From Nitrososphaerota archaeon (lineage in GTDB: Archaea > Thermoproteota > Nitrososphaeria_A > Caldarchaeales > Calditenuaceae), in NCBI GenBank assembly GCA_038741355.1, contig JAVYLC010000014.1, positions 10,947 to 34,946 of the forward strand: a stretch of DNA of 24,000 bases, in the 5' to 3' direction. A program made the translations under genes and the position numbers. The notes under the pieces are model-generated. The model was given only the letters and a program-made list of their open reading frames with translations. It did not search any database and was not told the origin of the DNA. Shown in pieces: positions 13,510 through 22,668 of the stretch; within the stretch, counting starts at the first letter, position 1; each line of letters opens with the position of its first letter.

Positions 13510-16500
13510 CTATCTGAGCTCCTCCATATCTCTCTTGCGCCCGAGTATGAGAGGCGAGATTCTTTGACGGTTAATCTCCCAAAGCTCTTCCAGCTCCATG
13601 ATGGCCAGCTTAAGTGTTCCGTCGGACAGCATTTTCAATGCCTTTGAAATCTCTAAAGCTAGCTTAGCATTAAGAATGACCGGTATGTTATGGTCAACAG
13701 CAGCCCTCCTAACATCATAGTCTATCTGAGGTATGTATCCGGAGCTGATCAGCATACCTACCCTCCTTAACCTTATCGCTTTGACGGCAGTCTCACCCCG
13801 GATCTCCGGGACACCCGGTATAGGTGACTCCTCCAATGTTAAGACATCATAACCAGCTTCTCTCAAAACCTCTGCCACCGTCTTGAGCCTCGGCGCCGTC
13901 CTCGGCGAGTCGGGGTAAACAAGTATGGGCACGTCTTTCGACGGGATTGTGTTTGGTGTGGCGGAGAGCCAGCTCTTAATTAGGGCCTCGTGGAACTCCA
14001 GCCCAAGCGCGGCAACTTCACCTGTGCTCCTCATCTCCGGGCCCAAAAACGGGTATGACCCCCTTATCTGTGCCCATGAAAACTGCGGTGACTTCACTCC
14101 CCAAATAAGCTGCATCGGCGCAAACACCCTGTCCGATATCTCCTCCAATCTATCATCGTTAAGAGATAGACGCTCACCAAGTATGCATCTGGTCCCATGT
14201 CCTAGAAGGTCTATGTTGTAGACTTTACTGCTAAAGGGCATTGAGCGGCTGCACCTCAAATTACACTCGATCACATAGACTTCGCCGTCTCTAACTAGGT
14301 ACTGTATGTTGAAGGGCCCCTTAACCTGGAGGGCATTCGCGATCAAGCCTGTATATTCTGCTATCTTAGCTATGGTTTCCTCCCCGGTCCTGTAGGGGGG
14401 AATCGAGATTGTAGCATCACCGCTATGAACACCCGCATATTCTACGTGGTCCATTGGAAGCATAAGCACCTCAGAGCCGTCTGAGACACAGTCAACCTCA
14501 GCTTCCACTGCATCCTCGATAAAGTGGCTAACAACTACAGGCTTGTCGGTGTGTTTTGAGAGTTTCCCCATGAGCTCTTTTAGCTCGTCTTCGTCATAAG
14601 CTATGAAGACGGATGTTCCGCTGAGTATATAGCTAGGGCGCAAGATGACCGGATATCCGACCTCCTCCGCGATCTTGGGCAGTTTCGCCAACTCTGTGAC
14701 GGTGGCCCAGCGCGGCTGCTTTATGCCGAACTCCTCCAAGAGCTTGCTGAATTTCGAGCGATTCTCCGCGCGCCCGACCGAAGAGGGGTGGGTCCCAAGG
14801 ATTGGGACACCACGCCTGTCCAGCTCCTCAGCGACATTATTCCCTATCTGCCCTGCAGACGAGATAATCACTCCGCCGCAGGCCTGTATAGAGGCGATGT
14901 CCTGTATTGCCTCGGGGGTGAGCTCGGAGTTGATGAGGAAGTCGACTATGTCCCAATCCGTAGAGACTGTCTCGGGGTTGTAATTAATTATGGCTGCATT
15001 CTTTCCCAGTTCTTTCAAGTTCTTGTAGATATTCACTGTCCCCCAATCAAACTCCACCGACACTCCTATCCTGAAGCATCCAGCACCAAGTACGAGGAGT
15101 AGGGCGTCAGAGCCCTGGCCTAAGACGTCGTGAGTCGTCCCCGAATATGTTGTGTAGGAGTAGTTGGTCACAGCGGGCTTCTCGCCAGCCAACGTGTCGA
15201 TATTCTTTAGCCGGGGCGTCCAACCATACGACTGGAAAGCCGCCTTAACCTGCTCATAGCTCTTTCCAGATATGGCGGCTATCTGCTCTGCAGTGAACCC
15301 GGCTTTCAGGGCCTCCCTGAAGAGGACATCCCTAGCCTGCTGGCTGAGCGAGTCTGCCTTTCTAATAAGTTTGGCAATGTTGACTATTCTCTCCACCGGT
15401 CTCAGAAAGAACTCATCGACTCCCGTCATAGAGGAGATCTGCTCAACGGTTGCACCGAGGCTAATGGCTTTAGCCACGTCCCTGAGCCAGTAAGGTCTAA
15501 ACTGTTTAAGACGCTCCATGACTGTTGCTAGGTCCTCGTGGTCGAATGTGTCCTTGTCTACCAGCCCTAACACTCCAATGTCTAGCATCCTGAACGCCTT
15601 CTGGTAGACCTCCTCCATGTTTCTGCCAATCGCCATTACCTCTCCTATGCTCATCATCTCTGAGCCCAAAACTTCGTCTCTTGGCCAGAACTTGTCTAGG
15701 TCCCAGCGAGGTGCCTTCAACACGACATAGTCGAGGCTTGGCTCGAAGAATGCTGTTGTGCTTCCAGTTATCATGTTGAGGAGCTCGTCTAGGAGGTATC
15801 CGAGGCATAGTTTCGCGGCTATGTATGCAAGGGGATAGCCTGTAGCCTTACTCGCGAGTGCGCTGCTCCGAGACATTCTAGGGTTGGTCTCTATCACATA
15901 ATATTCCCCGGTCTTCTGCTGGAGTGCAAGCTGGACGTTACACTCTCCCACCAGCTTAATCGCGGATGCGACCCCGAAGGAGGCTGACCTGAGTGTCTGG
16001 TATTCGCTGTCCGTCAACGTTTGACTAGGAGCCACAACCAATGACTCGCCCGTATGAACACCCATCGGATCGATGTTCTCTAGACAGGCTACTGCGACCA
16101 TGTTTCCCGCCCTATCCCTCATCACCTCATACTCTATCTCCTTCCACTTCTCCAGGTACTTTTCAACGAGGACATTCCCGACTAGGCTGTGGGAGAAGGC
16201 CCTTGTGAGCTTAGCCTCTAGCTCCTCACGCCTATATGCTACGAAGGAACCTCTACCACCAAGGTTGAAGCTTACTCGGACTATTACTGGGTATCCGACC
16301 TCATCCGCCGCCCTCATCGCCTCTTTTATACTGTTTGCCGGCTGTGAAGGTGGGACTGGCAGGCCGGCCTTGATCATCGTTTCGCGGAATATTGATCGCG
16401 TCAGAGCAGCCTCAATCCCCTCGATCGGTGTGCCCAAGACTTTCACACCATACTTATCTAACACTCCTTTACGGTAGAGCTGGACACCTGCGCTGAGGGC

Positions 16501-16773
16501 GCTCTGGCCGCCGAAGCCCACCATAATCCCGTCGGGCTGCTCCCGCTCAATTATCTTCTCCAGGTACTCTACGGTTATTGGGGCTAGGTATACCCTGTCT
16601 GCGAGGAGGTGGGTTGTCTGTATAGTAGCAATGTTGGGGTTGACGAGGATTGTCGAGATTCCCTCGCCTTTAAGTGCCTTTAACGCTTGGCTTCCACTAT
16701 AATCGAACTCGGCGGCCTCTGCAATTTTTATCCCGCCAGAACCTATTAGAAGGACCTTGCTAACCGACTCCAA
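13510..16773 (-). CDS. carB: carbamoyl-phosphate synthase large subunit
   Basis: 1087 aa. Duplicated ATP-grasp halves (VLLIGSGGIKIAEAAEFDYSGSQA... and LLLVLGAGCFRIGVSVEFDWGTV...), CNVQLAL / ETNPRMSRSSALASKATGYPLA, and a C-terminal MGS-like domain. Confidence 0.95.
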   Translation of the reverse strand: MESVSKVLLIGSGGIKIAEAAEFDYSGSQALKALKGEGISTILVNPNIATIQTTHLLADRVYLAPITVEYLEKIIEREQPDGIMVGFGGQSALSAGVQLYRKGVLDKYGVKVLGTPIEGIEAALTRSIFRETMIKAGLPVPPSQPANSIKEAMRAADEVGYPVIVRVSFNLGGRGSFVAYRREELEAKLTRAFSHSLVGNVLVEKYLEKWKEIEYEVMRDRAGNMVAVACLENIDPMGVHTGESLVVAPSQTLTDSEYQTLRSASFGVASAIKLVGECNVQLALQQKTGEYYVIETNPRMSRSSALASKATGYPLAYIAAKLCLGYLLDELLNMITGSTTAFFEPSLDYVVLKAPRWDLDKFWPRDEVLGSEMMSIGEVMAIGRNMEEVYQKAFRMLDIGVLGLVDKDTFDHEDLATVMERLKQFRPYWLRDVAKAISLGATVEQISSMTGVDEFFLRPVERIVNIAKLIRKADSLSQQARDVLFREALKAGFTAEQIAAISGKSYEQVKAAFQSYGWTPRLKNIDTLAGEKPAVTNYSYTTYSGTTHDVLGQGSDALLLVLGAGCFRIGVSVEFDWGTVNIYKNLKELGKNAAIINYNPETVSTDWDIVDFLINSELTPEAIQDIASIQACGGVIISSAGQIGNNVAEELDRRGVPILGTHPSSVGRAENRSKFSKLLEEFGIKQPRWATVTELAKLPKIAEEVGYPVILRPSYILSGTSVFIAYDEDELKELMGKLSKHTDKPVVVSHFIEDAVEAEVDCVSDGSEVLMLPMDHVEYAGVHSGDATISIPPYRTGEETIAKIAEYTGLIANALQVKGPFNIQYLVRDGEVYVIECNLRCSRSMPFSSKVYNIDLLGHGTRCILGERLSLNDDRLEEISDRVFAPMQLIWGVKSPQFSWAQIRGSYPFLGPEMRSTGEVAALGLEFHEALIKSWLSATPNTIPSKDVPILVYPDSPRTAPRLKTVAEVLREAGYDVLTLEESPIPGVPEIRGETAVKAIRLRRVGMLISSGYIPQIDYDVRRAAVDHNIPVILNAKLALEISKALKMLSDGTLKLAIMELEELWEINRQRISPLILGRKRDMEELR

Positions 16774-17893
16774 CTCCTCTCACCATCTTCTCGAAGATTT
16801 CGAAAACATAGTTAGCATCCCTCGGCCCCGGCCTTCCTTCTGGATGAAACTGTACAGAAATCACGGGCAGAGACTCGTGAATAAGGCCCTCGATTGTTCC
16901 GTCGTCACAGTCTATGAACCACGGCTTAAGACCTGTCCCTGAAAGTCTCTCCCCAGAGACAGCATAGCCGTGATTCTGCAGGGTTATTACCCGCTTTCCA
17001 GTGAGGAGGTCTCTACAGGCCTTGTTTATCCCCCTATGACCATATTTCATCTTATAGGTTTCGGCACCTAGAGCTAGGGCAATTAGTTGGTGCCCTAAGC
17101 ATACACCCAGTGTTGGAGTCCCGCTCTCGATAATCTCTCTAACGAGCCTGATTGCGTGGTGCATTTTTGCAGGGTTCCCAGGACCGTTACTAATTACAAT
17201 CCCGCTAGGGTTATGGGAGAAGACGGCATCTGATCCAAGCCTCCCTGGTACGACAACGACCCTGTATCCCATCTTTACGAGCCTGCTGATTATGCCGTTC
17301 TTAACTCCGAAGTCGACCACAGCTATCGTGGAGCTGCTTTCCTCGTTGAAAACCGTAGGCTTTGGGTATGCAGAGTACTCGAAGACGCGAGAGTCATAGT
17401 CAACTTCTTGAGCCATTCTTAATAATTCCTCCCGGCTAATATCCTCCAGCGACTCAGCAACCTGTACTGCGCCGCCCATTACTCCTTCTTCTCTTATCCG
17501 TTGCACCAACATTCTTGTATCAACATCCATTACCCCAGGTATCGAGTTCTCGAGGAGCCAGTCGCTTAGAGACTTCATCGAACGCGGATGGCTCGGCTCT
17601 GTCGCCCGCGATACAATTAGGCCCTCAATCTTTATTCCGTCTGACTCGAAGTCGGGAGGTACACCATAATTCCCAATCAAGGGGTAGGTGAGTATGAGTA
17701 TCTGCCCCACATATGATGGGTCTGTCAAGGATTCTGTGTAGCCATTCATCGCAGTACTAAACACAACTTCTCCGCTTTTTTTCTCAAGAGCGCCGAAGCC
17801 TTTGCCGACAATGAAGGTGCCATCCTCGAGGGCAAGGGCGGCGACATAGGCGCCCGAGATTCGCTTCACGAGCCCATCCAAGCATTCATCCAT
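16760..17893 (-). CDS. carA: carbamoyl-phosphate synthase small (glutamine amidotransferase) subunit
   Basis: 377 aa. LEDGTFIVGKGFGA...GEVVFSTAMNGYTESLTDPSYVGQILILTYPLIGNYG, plus GATase class I motifs (GVCLGHQLIALALG, VQFHPE). Overlaps carB by 14 nt. Confidence 0.95.
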   Translation of the reverse strand: MDECLDGLVKRISGAYVAALALEDGTFIVGKGFGALEKKSGEVVFSTAMNGYTESLTDPSYVGQILILTYPLIGNYGVPPDFESDGIKIEGLIVSRATEPSHPRSMKSLSDWLLENSIPGVMDVDTRMLVQRIREEGVMGGAVQVAESLEDISREELLRMAQEVDYDSRVFEYSAYPKPTVFNEESSSTIAVVDFGVKNGIISRLVKMGYRVVVVPGRLGSDAVFSHNPSGIVISNGPGNPAKMHHAIRLVREIIESGTPTLGVCLGHQLIALALGAETYKMKYGHRGINKACRDLLTGKRVITLQNHGYAVSGERLSGTGLKPWFIDCDDGTIEGLIHESLPVISVQFHPEGRPGPRDANYVFEIFEKMVRGVGVG

Positions 17894-17956
17894 TTGGTCT
17901 CTATGATAATAGACATGTGATGCTTCAGGGTATATACTTATTGACCAGTTTCGGTC

Positions 17957-18646
17957 ATGTTGGGACAGGGATTGTACCGGGACTGGTCTGTGAGTAGGGC
18001 GGTCCGCTACCTAATCGGTTTGGAGAAAGGTTATAAGTCGGCGTTAGACGGCGGCTACGCCAACCTCTCTGCCCTTGCGAAGCTCCTAAAACCGACTTTA
18101 GACGCCCTACTCGGTCAGGACGTCAAGCACTCTACCATCGTGACGGCGTTAAAGAGGGTTAGGGGCCGATTCCATGTGAAGAGATTGGCCACGGCCCAAG
18201 TCATTGCGAGAAGCAAGCTGGAGGCCAAGACGGGTTTGGCCAAAATAATCCTGAAACGTAACAGGACTTCACTCAGGATCGCCCGCGACTTAGCTATTAG
18301 GGTCAGGGGGTTTTTCCAACTGCTTGACGGAATAACATCCATAACCTTGATATGCAGCCATGAGAGGTTGGGGGAGATTAGAAGCGAGTTCCCCCGCTCT
18401 CTCATTATTGGGGAGTCTGGGAGCATCGCAGCCCTGATTATTGTAAGCCCCTCCATAATAGAGAAAACCCATGGAGTAGTCTCACATATTCTGGAGTGGC
18501 TTGCACATAAGGAGATAAACGTCGAGGAAGTGATTAGCTGTTACAAGGATACTATAATTCTTGTCGCTACCGAGGATGGTGGCAAGGCATTCGACGCAAT
18601 TAATGAGCTTATTGCGAATTGTAGGCGAATAGTATCTGAGGGTTAA
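17957..18646 (+). CDS. uncharacterised protein with a C-terminal ACT-like (small-ligand-binding) domain
   Basis: 229 aa. The C-terminal part (ALIIVSPSIIEKTHGVVSHILEWLAHKEINVEEVISCYKDTIILVATEDGGKAFDAINELI) has the beta-alpha-beta-beta-alpha-beta pattern and sequence character of ACT domains. I do not recognise the N-terminal half. A TATATAC box at 17931..17937 sits just upstream. Confidence 0.5.
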   Translation: MLGQGLYRDWSVSRAVRYLIGLEKGYKSALDGGYANLSALAKLLKPTLDALLGQDVKHSTIVTALKRVRGRFHVKRLATAQVIARSKLEAKTGLAKIILKRNRTSLRIARDLAIRVRGFFQLLDGITSITLICSHERLGEIRSEFPRSLIIGESGSIAALIIVSPSIIEKTHGVVSHILEWLAHKEINVEEVISCYKDTIILVATEDGGKAFDAINELIANCRRIVSEG

Positions 18647-18652
18647 AGGTAT

Positions 18653-20956
18653 TCATCTCGCTTTTTCCTTTGCCCTTATTACTCCCTCTATGAGCCTTTC
18701 TGGGGTTATGGGTAGTTCGGTAATCCTGACCCCCAAAGCCCTCGAGACTGCGTTAGCTATGGCGGCTGCAATCCCAATTATAGGAGGCTCACCAAGACCT
18801 TTAGCTCCTAAGTTGTTGGCATGAGTGTCTACTGGTTCCACGAATACGGCGGTAACTTCAGGGGTCTCGAGGCTGGAGGGTAGGAGATAGTCCACTAGGT
18901 TTGGATTGATTACTGTGCCAGATGAGGAGTCTACCAGTCTTTGTTCTAGGAGTGCGTAACCCAGCCCCATGACTACTCCACCCATCACCTGCCCCTCCGC
19001 TGTAAGCCTATTGATGATTCTTCCAGAATCGTGGGCTGAAAGTGCCCTTAACACCTTTACAGCCCCTGTCTCTAGATCCACTTCAACTTCTGCAAACTGT
19101 GCCGCGAATGTCTCGACCGCATATCTGTCAGGGTTAGGCCCCCTCGCGCCTCTGCCGACGATTGCGAAGTCCCCGAGCTGTGTGAGAAGTTCTCCAATAG
19201 GAATAGATTTTTCCCCCTCCTTTGTCTGCACTCTTCCATCCATTAGTTCAAGTATCTCCCTTGGGGCGTCTAAGAATTGAGAGGCAATGTCTAAGAGTTG
19301 GTTTCGCGCATCGATTGCAGCAGCCCTCACGGCAGGTCCCATGGAGGCAAGTGTCCCACTTCCCCCGCTACCCGGAGAGAAGAGCTCTAGAGAAGTGTCC
19401 CCAATGATTACGCTCACGTGCTCGATTGGGACTGAGAGCTCTTCAGCCGCTATCTGGGCTAGGATAGTCCGCGTCCCTGTGCCTATATCTTGGGTGGATG
19501 TTAATACTTGGACGGTTCCATCCCTATTCAGCTTGACCTCAGCATAGGCCGGTGGTCCCCCTCCACCCCACCAGACCACACTAGCCATGCCTGCTGCTCG
19601 AACCCTATTATTCTCCCTCCTAACAGAGCGGGCAGAGCTCCAGCCAAACTGCGCAGCCCCCACTAGATAAGCATCTCTCAGCCCCTTTGAGGTGTAGTTC
19701 ACCCCGCTTTCCGGCTCCAACTCGCTGTAGTTTCTAAGCCTTATTTCGAGTGGGTCTAGCCCCAGCTCATCTGACGCCATATCCATCATCGACTCAAGCC
19801 CGAAGGTGCCTTCAGTGAAACCTGGCGCCCTCATGGCTGTATGAGGGGTCGTGTTGGTGTAGACACCCCACTCCACGGTCTCTAAATTGGGTATTTGGTA
19901 GAGCATTCTGTAGGGTCCTGATACAAGTGGAACCCATTCAGCATATGCTCCCAGATTAATAATGGCCTCCAGCCTCATCGCCGAAACCCTCCCATCCCTC
20001 TTAAACCCTGCCTTAACACGCTGTATTGTCTGGGCCCTGCACCCCGCGGCGAGGTTCTCCTCACTTCTCGACAGAGCTACCTTGACAGGCCTGCCCGTCT
20101 TCCTCGAAGCAAGCGCAGCAAGGATTGTGTGTTTTCCGGGATCAAACTTTGCTCCAAAGCCACCTCCCATATACTCGCATATCACCCGGACTTTTGAGAG
20201 AGGTATTGAGAATATCTGGCTTAGACGCTGCCTCACGTTGTTCACGGCCTGGGTGGATTCCCAAACGGTTAGGCCGGCCGAGGTCCAATAGGCGACTGTC
20301 GAGTGTGTCTCGAGAGAGTTGTGTAGGACTGCGCTTGTCTTGAATGTTTCCTCCAAGACCACATCTGCAGCCTCAAATCCTTGAGCCGGGTTGCCTCTCA
20401 CCACCCTTGATGGGCCACCGTGGAAGACGTTCCCATCAGCATGTACCTTAGGCGCGTCCTCCCTCAAAGCCTCGAGAGGGTCGACAACGAAAGGCAGCCT
20501 CTCATAATCCACAGTTATCGCTTCAATTGCATCGTTGGCGATGCCCTCATCCTCAGCTACAACAAAAGCAACCTCCTCACCTTGGAACTTCAAGACGTTG
20601 TTGAAGATATTGGAGGCCCCTCCATAGAGGGGTATTCTGGGGGTGTTGAGATAGGTGAAGACTCCCCTGACCCCTTTCATTCTCTCGGCATCAGAGGTGT
20701 CTATGTGGATTATTCGAGCGTGAGGGTAGGGGCATCTCAAGAATTTACCTACCAGCATGCCCTTGAGTGAGACGTCTACTGTGTATGTTGCGGCACCCGT
20801 AACCTTTGCAACACCATCTACTGTCTTCACCCGCCCACCAACGTATCTAAAACTGGCCCCAGGAGGCCACGGGGTGATCTTCTCCTCCTCTTCAACGACG
20901 AACTCTTCTCTCCACCGACCTTCAATCTCTGCTCGCGTCTTTCTAACCCTAACCAT
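18653..20956 (-). CDS. xanthine dehydrogenase/aldehyde oxidoreductase-family molybdopterin-binding large subunit (CoxL/CutA-like); the longest ORF extends to 21007
   Basis: FRYVGGRVKTVDGVAKVTGAATYTVDV...HARIIHIDTSDAERMKGVRGVF...GGGFGAKF...TQDIGTGTRT...GLGEPPIIGIAAAIANAV are hallmark motifs of the Mo-cofactor subunit. I prefer ATG 20956 (MVRVRK...) because a TATA box at 20981..20987 is centred 28 nt upstream of it. The longest-ORF ATG at 21007 would leave only 18 nt to the divergent gene. Confidence 0.85.
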   Translation of the reverse strand: MVRVRKTRAEIEGRWREEFVVEEEEKITPWPPGASFRYVGGRVKTVDGVAKVTGAATYTVDVSLKGMLVGKFLRCPYPHARIIHIDTSDAERMKGVRGVFTYLNTPRIPLYGGASNIFNNVLKFQGEEVAFVVAEDEGIANDAIEAITVDYERLPFVVDPLEALREDAPKVHADGNVFHGGPSRVVRGNPAQGFEAADVVLEETFKTSAVLHNSLETHSTVAYWTSAGLTVWESTQAVNNVRQRLSQIFSIPLSKVRVICEYMGGGFGAKFDPGKHTILAALASRKTGRPVKVALSRSEENLAAGCRAQTIQRVKAGFKRDGRVSAMRLEAIINLGAYAEWVPLVSGPYRMLYQIPNLETVEWGVYTNTTPHTAMRAPGFTEGTFGLESMMDMASDELGLDPLEIRLRNYSELEPESGVNYTSKGLRDAYLVGAAQFGWSSARSVRRENNRVRAAGMASVVWWGGGGPPAYAEVKLNRDGTVQVLTSTQDIGTGTRTILAQIAAEELSVPIEHVSVIIGDTSLELFSPGSGGSGTLASMGPAVRAAAIDARNQLLDIASQFLDAPREILELMDGRVQTKEGEKSIPIGELLTQLGDFAIVGRGARGPNPDRYAVETFAAQFAEVEVDLETGAVKVLRALSAHDSGRIINRLTAEGQVMGGVVMGLGYALLEQRLVDSSSGTVINPNLVDYLLPSSLETPEVTAVFVEPVDTHANNLGAKGLGEPPIIGIAAAIANAVSRALGVRITELPITPERLIEGVIRAKEKAR

Positions 20957-20980
20957 GCGGTATGCATTGGTTGACCATTC

Positions 20981-20987
20981 TAAATAA
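20981..20987 (-). promoter_or_regulatory. TATA box for the XDH-family gene (leaderless at 20956)
   Basis: The reverse strand reads ACTTATTTAGA. TAAATAA on the + strand is centred 28 nt from ATG 20956. Confidence 0.4.
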
Positions 20988-21025
20988 GTTTTGAGGGGTC
21001 GCAGCATAAACGTGAATATCGCCCT

Positions 21026-21943
21026 ATGACGTGTAGGTTTGGGGTGAGTTGTTCACTGAGCTGGCCCAGCCAAGGCGGCGGCTTCGCCTTTGAGGTCCCA
21101 CTCCACTTGACAGGGTTTTTCTACCCTGTTTATAGGGAGAGCCGGGAGCAGACCGGCTCTCTCGGCGCAGGTATAGTCATTCATCCTGGCCTGAGATGTC
21201 TCATGAGGGGGGGTGAGGGGCTTTGGTTCGGTGGAGAGGCCATCGGATGGGGGCCGGCCTTCCAGATCTACGAGGAGATGGGCAAAGGCTTCTCAATCCA
21301 TTTGACTGGGGGGTGTCTGCCCGGTGCAGGGTATGCCTTCAGCGCAGCGTCGAGCCTAGCCGTGTCCGCTTGTTACGTCCTTGCGGGTAAGCTGGGTATG
21401 AGCGAAGCCGCGATGAAGGCTCATGTGTCTGAGGTGAGGTGTAGAACTGGGCTAGGTGATGTTCTAGCGATTTGGGAAGGAGTGGGGCTTGTCCTGAGGG
21501 AAAAGCCGGGAGGGCCGGGTGTTGGGGAGGTTGAGAACATCAAGATAAGAGATAAGGTGGCGATAGTGACCGCAGAACTCGGTCGGCTAGCCACTGAAAA
21601 CCTTCTCACACAGCAGCATGAGAGGATAATCGAGGCTGGGAGACGGGCTTATCAAGAATTCCTAAAAAGCCCCAACCTCGAGAGCTTCCTCCAGCTCTCA
21701 AACAGGTTTTCACGGGAGCTGGGGCTGGTCGATAAATATGTCGAAGAGATTGTTAGGCCTGTCTCCTCCAGCCTTTTAGGGTGGTATGTGAAGAAGAGGG
21801 TACTTGTCCTGATTGTCGAGGAAGATGAGGCTTCTGAGGTTGCCGTAAATATAGGGGCCTCCCTACCTATTGTTAGGGCTTTCAAGCCAGGTGATGTCGA
21901 GTGGAGGAGATACCTCGAGACCATCCTCGATACGTCTCCCTGA
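21026..21943 (+). CDS. pantoate kinase (archaeal GHMP-family kinase of CoA biosynthesis)
   Basis: 305 aa. FEVPLHLTGFFYPV at the N-terminus. GHMP motif-II-like LPGAGYAFSAASSLAVS. It sits directly upstream of, and overlaps, the phosphopantothenate synthetase gene. The start could alternatively be GTG 21044. Confidence 0.7.
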   Translation: MTCRFGVSCSLSWPSQGGGFAFEVPLHLTGFFYPVYRESREQTGSLGAGIVIHPGLRCLMRGGEGLWFGGEAIGWGPAFQIYEEMGKGFSIHLTGGCLPGAGYAFSAASSLAVSACYVLAGKLGMSEAAMKAHVSEVRCRTGLGDVLAIWEGVGLVLREKPGGPGVGEVENIKIRDKVAIVTAELGRLATENLLTQQHERIIEAGRRAYQEFLKSPNLESFLQLSNRFSRELGLVDKYVEEIVRPVSSSLLGWYVKKRVLVLIVEEDEASEVAVNIGASLPIVRAFKPGDVEWRRYLETILDTSP

Positions 21944-22668
21944 TGATTAGGGGGAGGGTTGTGAAGGGCTTTGAGGCAGGGATTGTTGTTCCTCAGGGAC
22001 TACTGGCCCACGGGAGAGGCGAGGCGATAGACTATATCTTGGGCGAGGAGACCCATCCGCCGGCACTTGAGGCAACAAGGGCAGCTGCAGCACTACTGCT
22101 CCTCTCAAAACACCCAGTAATCTCCGTCAACGGAAATACGGCAGCATTAGTCCCAGACGATGTGATCAGGCTCGCAAAAATCCTGAACGCGAGGATCGAG
22201 GTCAACCTATTCCACCGTTCGCCGGAGCGAGTCAAGAAAATCAAGGAATTCCTCGAGAGTAGGGGGGCGGAGGGTGTACTAGGCGACTCTGATCTTGTGG
22301 AGATCCCTGGCCTCAGCAGTCAGAGGCGGTTCGTGTCTAGGGATGGGATATACTCTGCGGACACGGTTCTCGTACCTCTGGAAGATGGGGACCGCGCCGA
22401 GAAGCTAGTAGCGCTGGGGAAGAGGGTTGTGGCCATCGACCTAAACCCCCTTTCCCGTACGTCAAAGGCCGCGACGGTCTCGATAGTTGATAATGTGGTG
22501 AGAGCGATGCCAAACCTCTGCAGATTCGCCGAGGAGCTGAAAGGCTCACCGGCCTCCGAGCTGGAAAGAATGTACCGCTCCTTCAACAACGAGGAAATCC
22601 TTAGACGGATGATAGAACTCATATTGAGGCGATTGTCACGCCTAGCCGGGCTGGAGGAGATGCCATGA
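21901..22668 (+). CDS. 4-phosphopantoate--beta-alanine ligase (archaeal phosphopantothenate synthetase)
   Basis: GTG start. IPRDHPRYVSLMIRGRVVKGFEAGIVVPQGLLAHGRGEAIDYILGE...VISVNGNTAALVP...VAIDLNPLSRT matches the COG1701-type family that replaces PanC in archaea. Overlaps the pantoate kinase gene by 43 nt and panB by 4 nt. Confidence 0.75.
   Translation: MEEIPRDHPRYVSLMIRGRVVKGFEAGIVVPQGLLAHGRGEAIDYILGEETHPPALEATRAAAALLLLSKHPVISVNGNTAALVPDDVIRLAKILNARIEVNLFHRSPERVKKIKEFLESRGAEGVLGDSDLVEIPGLSSQRRFVSRDGIYSADTVLVPLEDGDRAEKLVALGKRVVAIDLNPLSRTSKAATVSIVDNVVRAMPNLCRFAEELKGSPASELERMYRSFNNEEILRRMIELILRRLSRLAGLEEMP

Noticed and set aside
13129-16942. + strand ORFs within ndk, carB and carA (13129..13503, 13925..14221, 14645..14983, 14788..15102, 15272..15493, 16073..16477, 16757..16942) and the out-of-frame minus-strand ORF 15506..15808
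   Set aside because: They are nested in very well-supported genes and are shadow ORFs of a GC-rich coding region.
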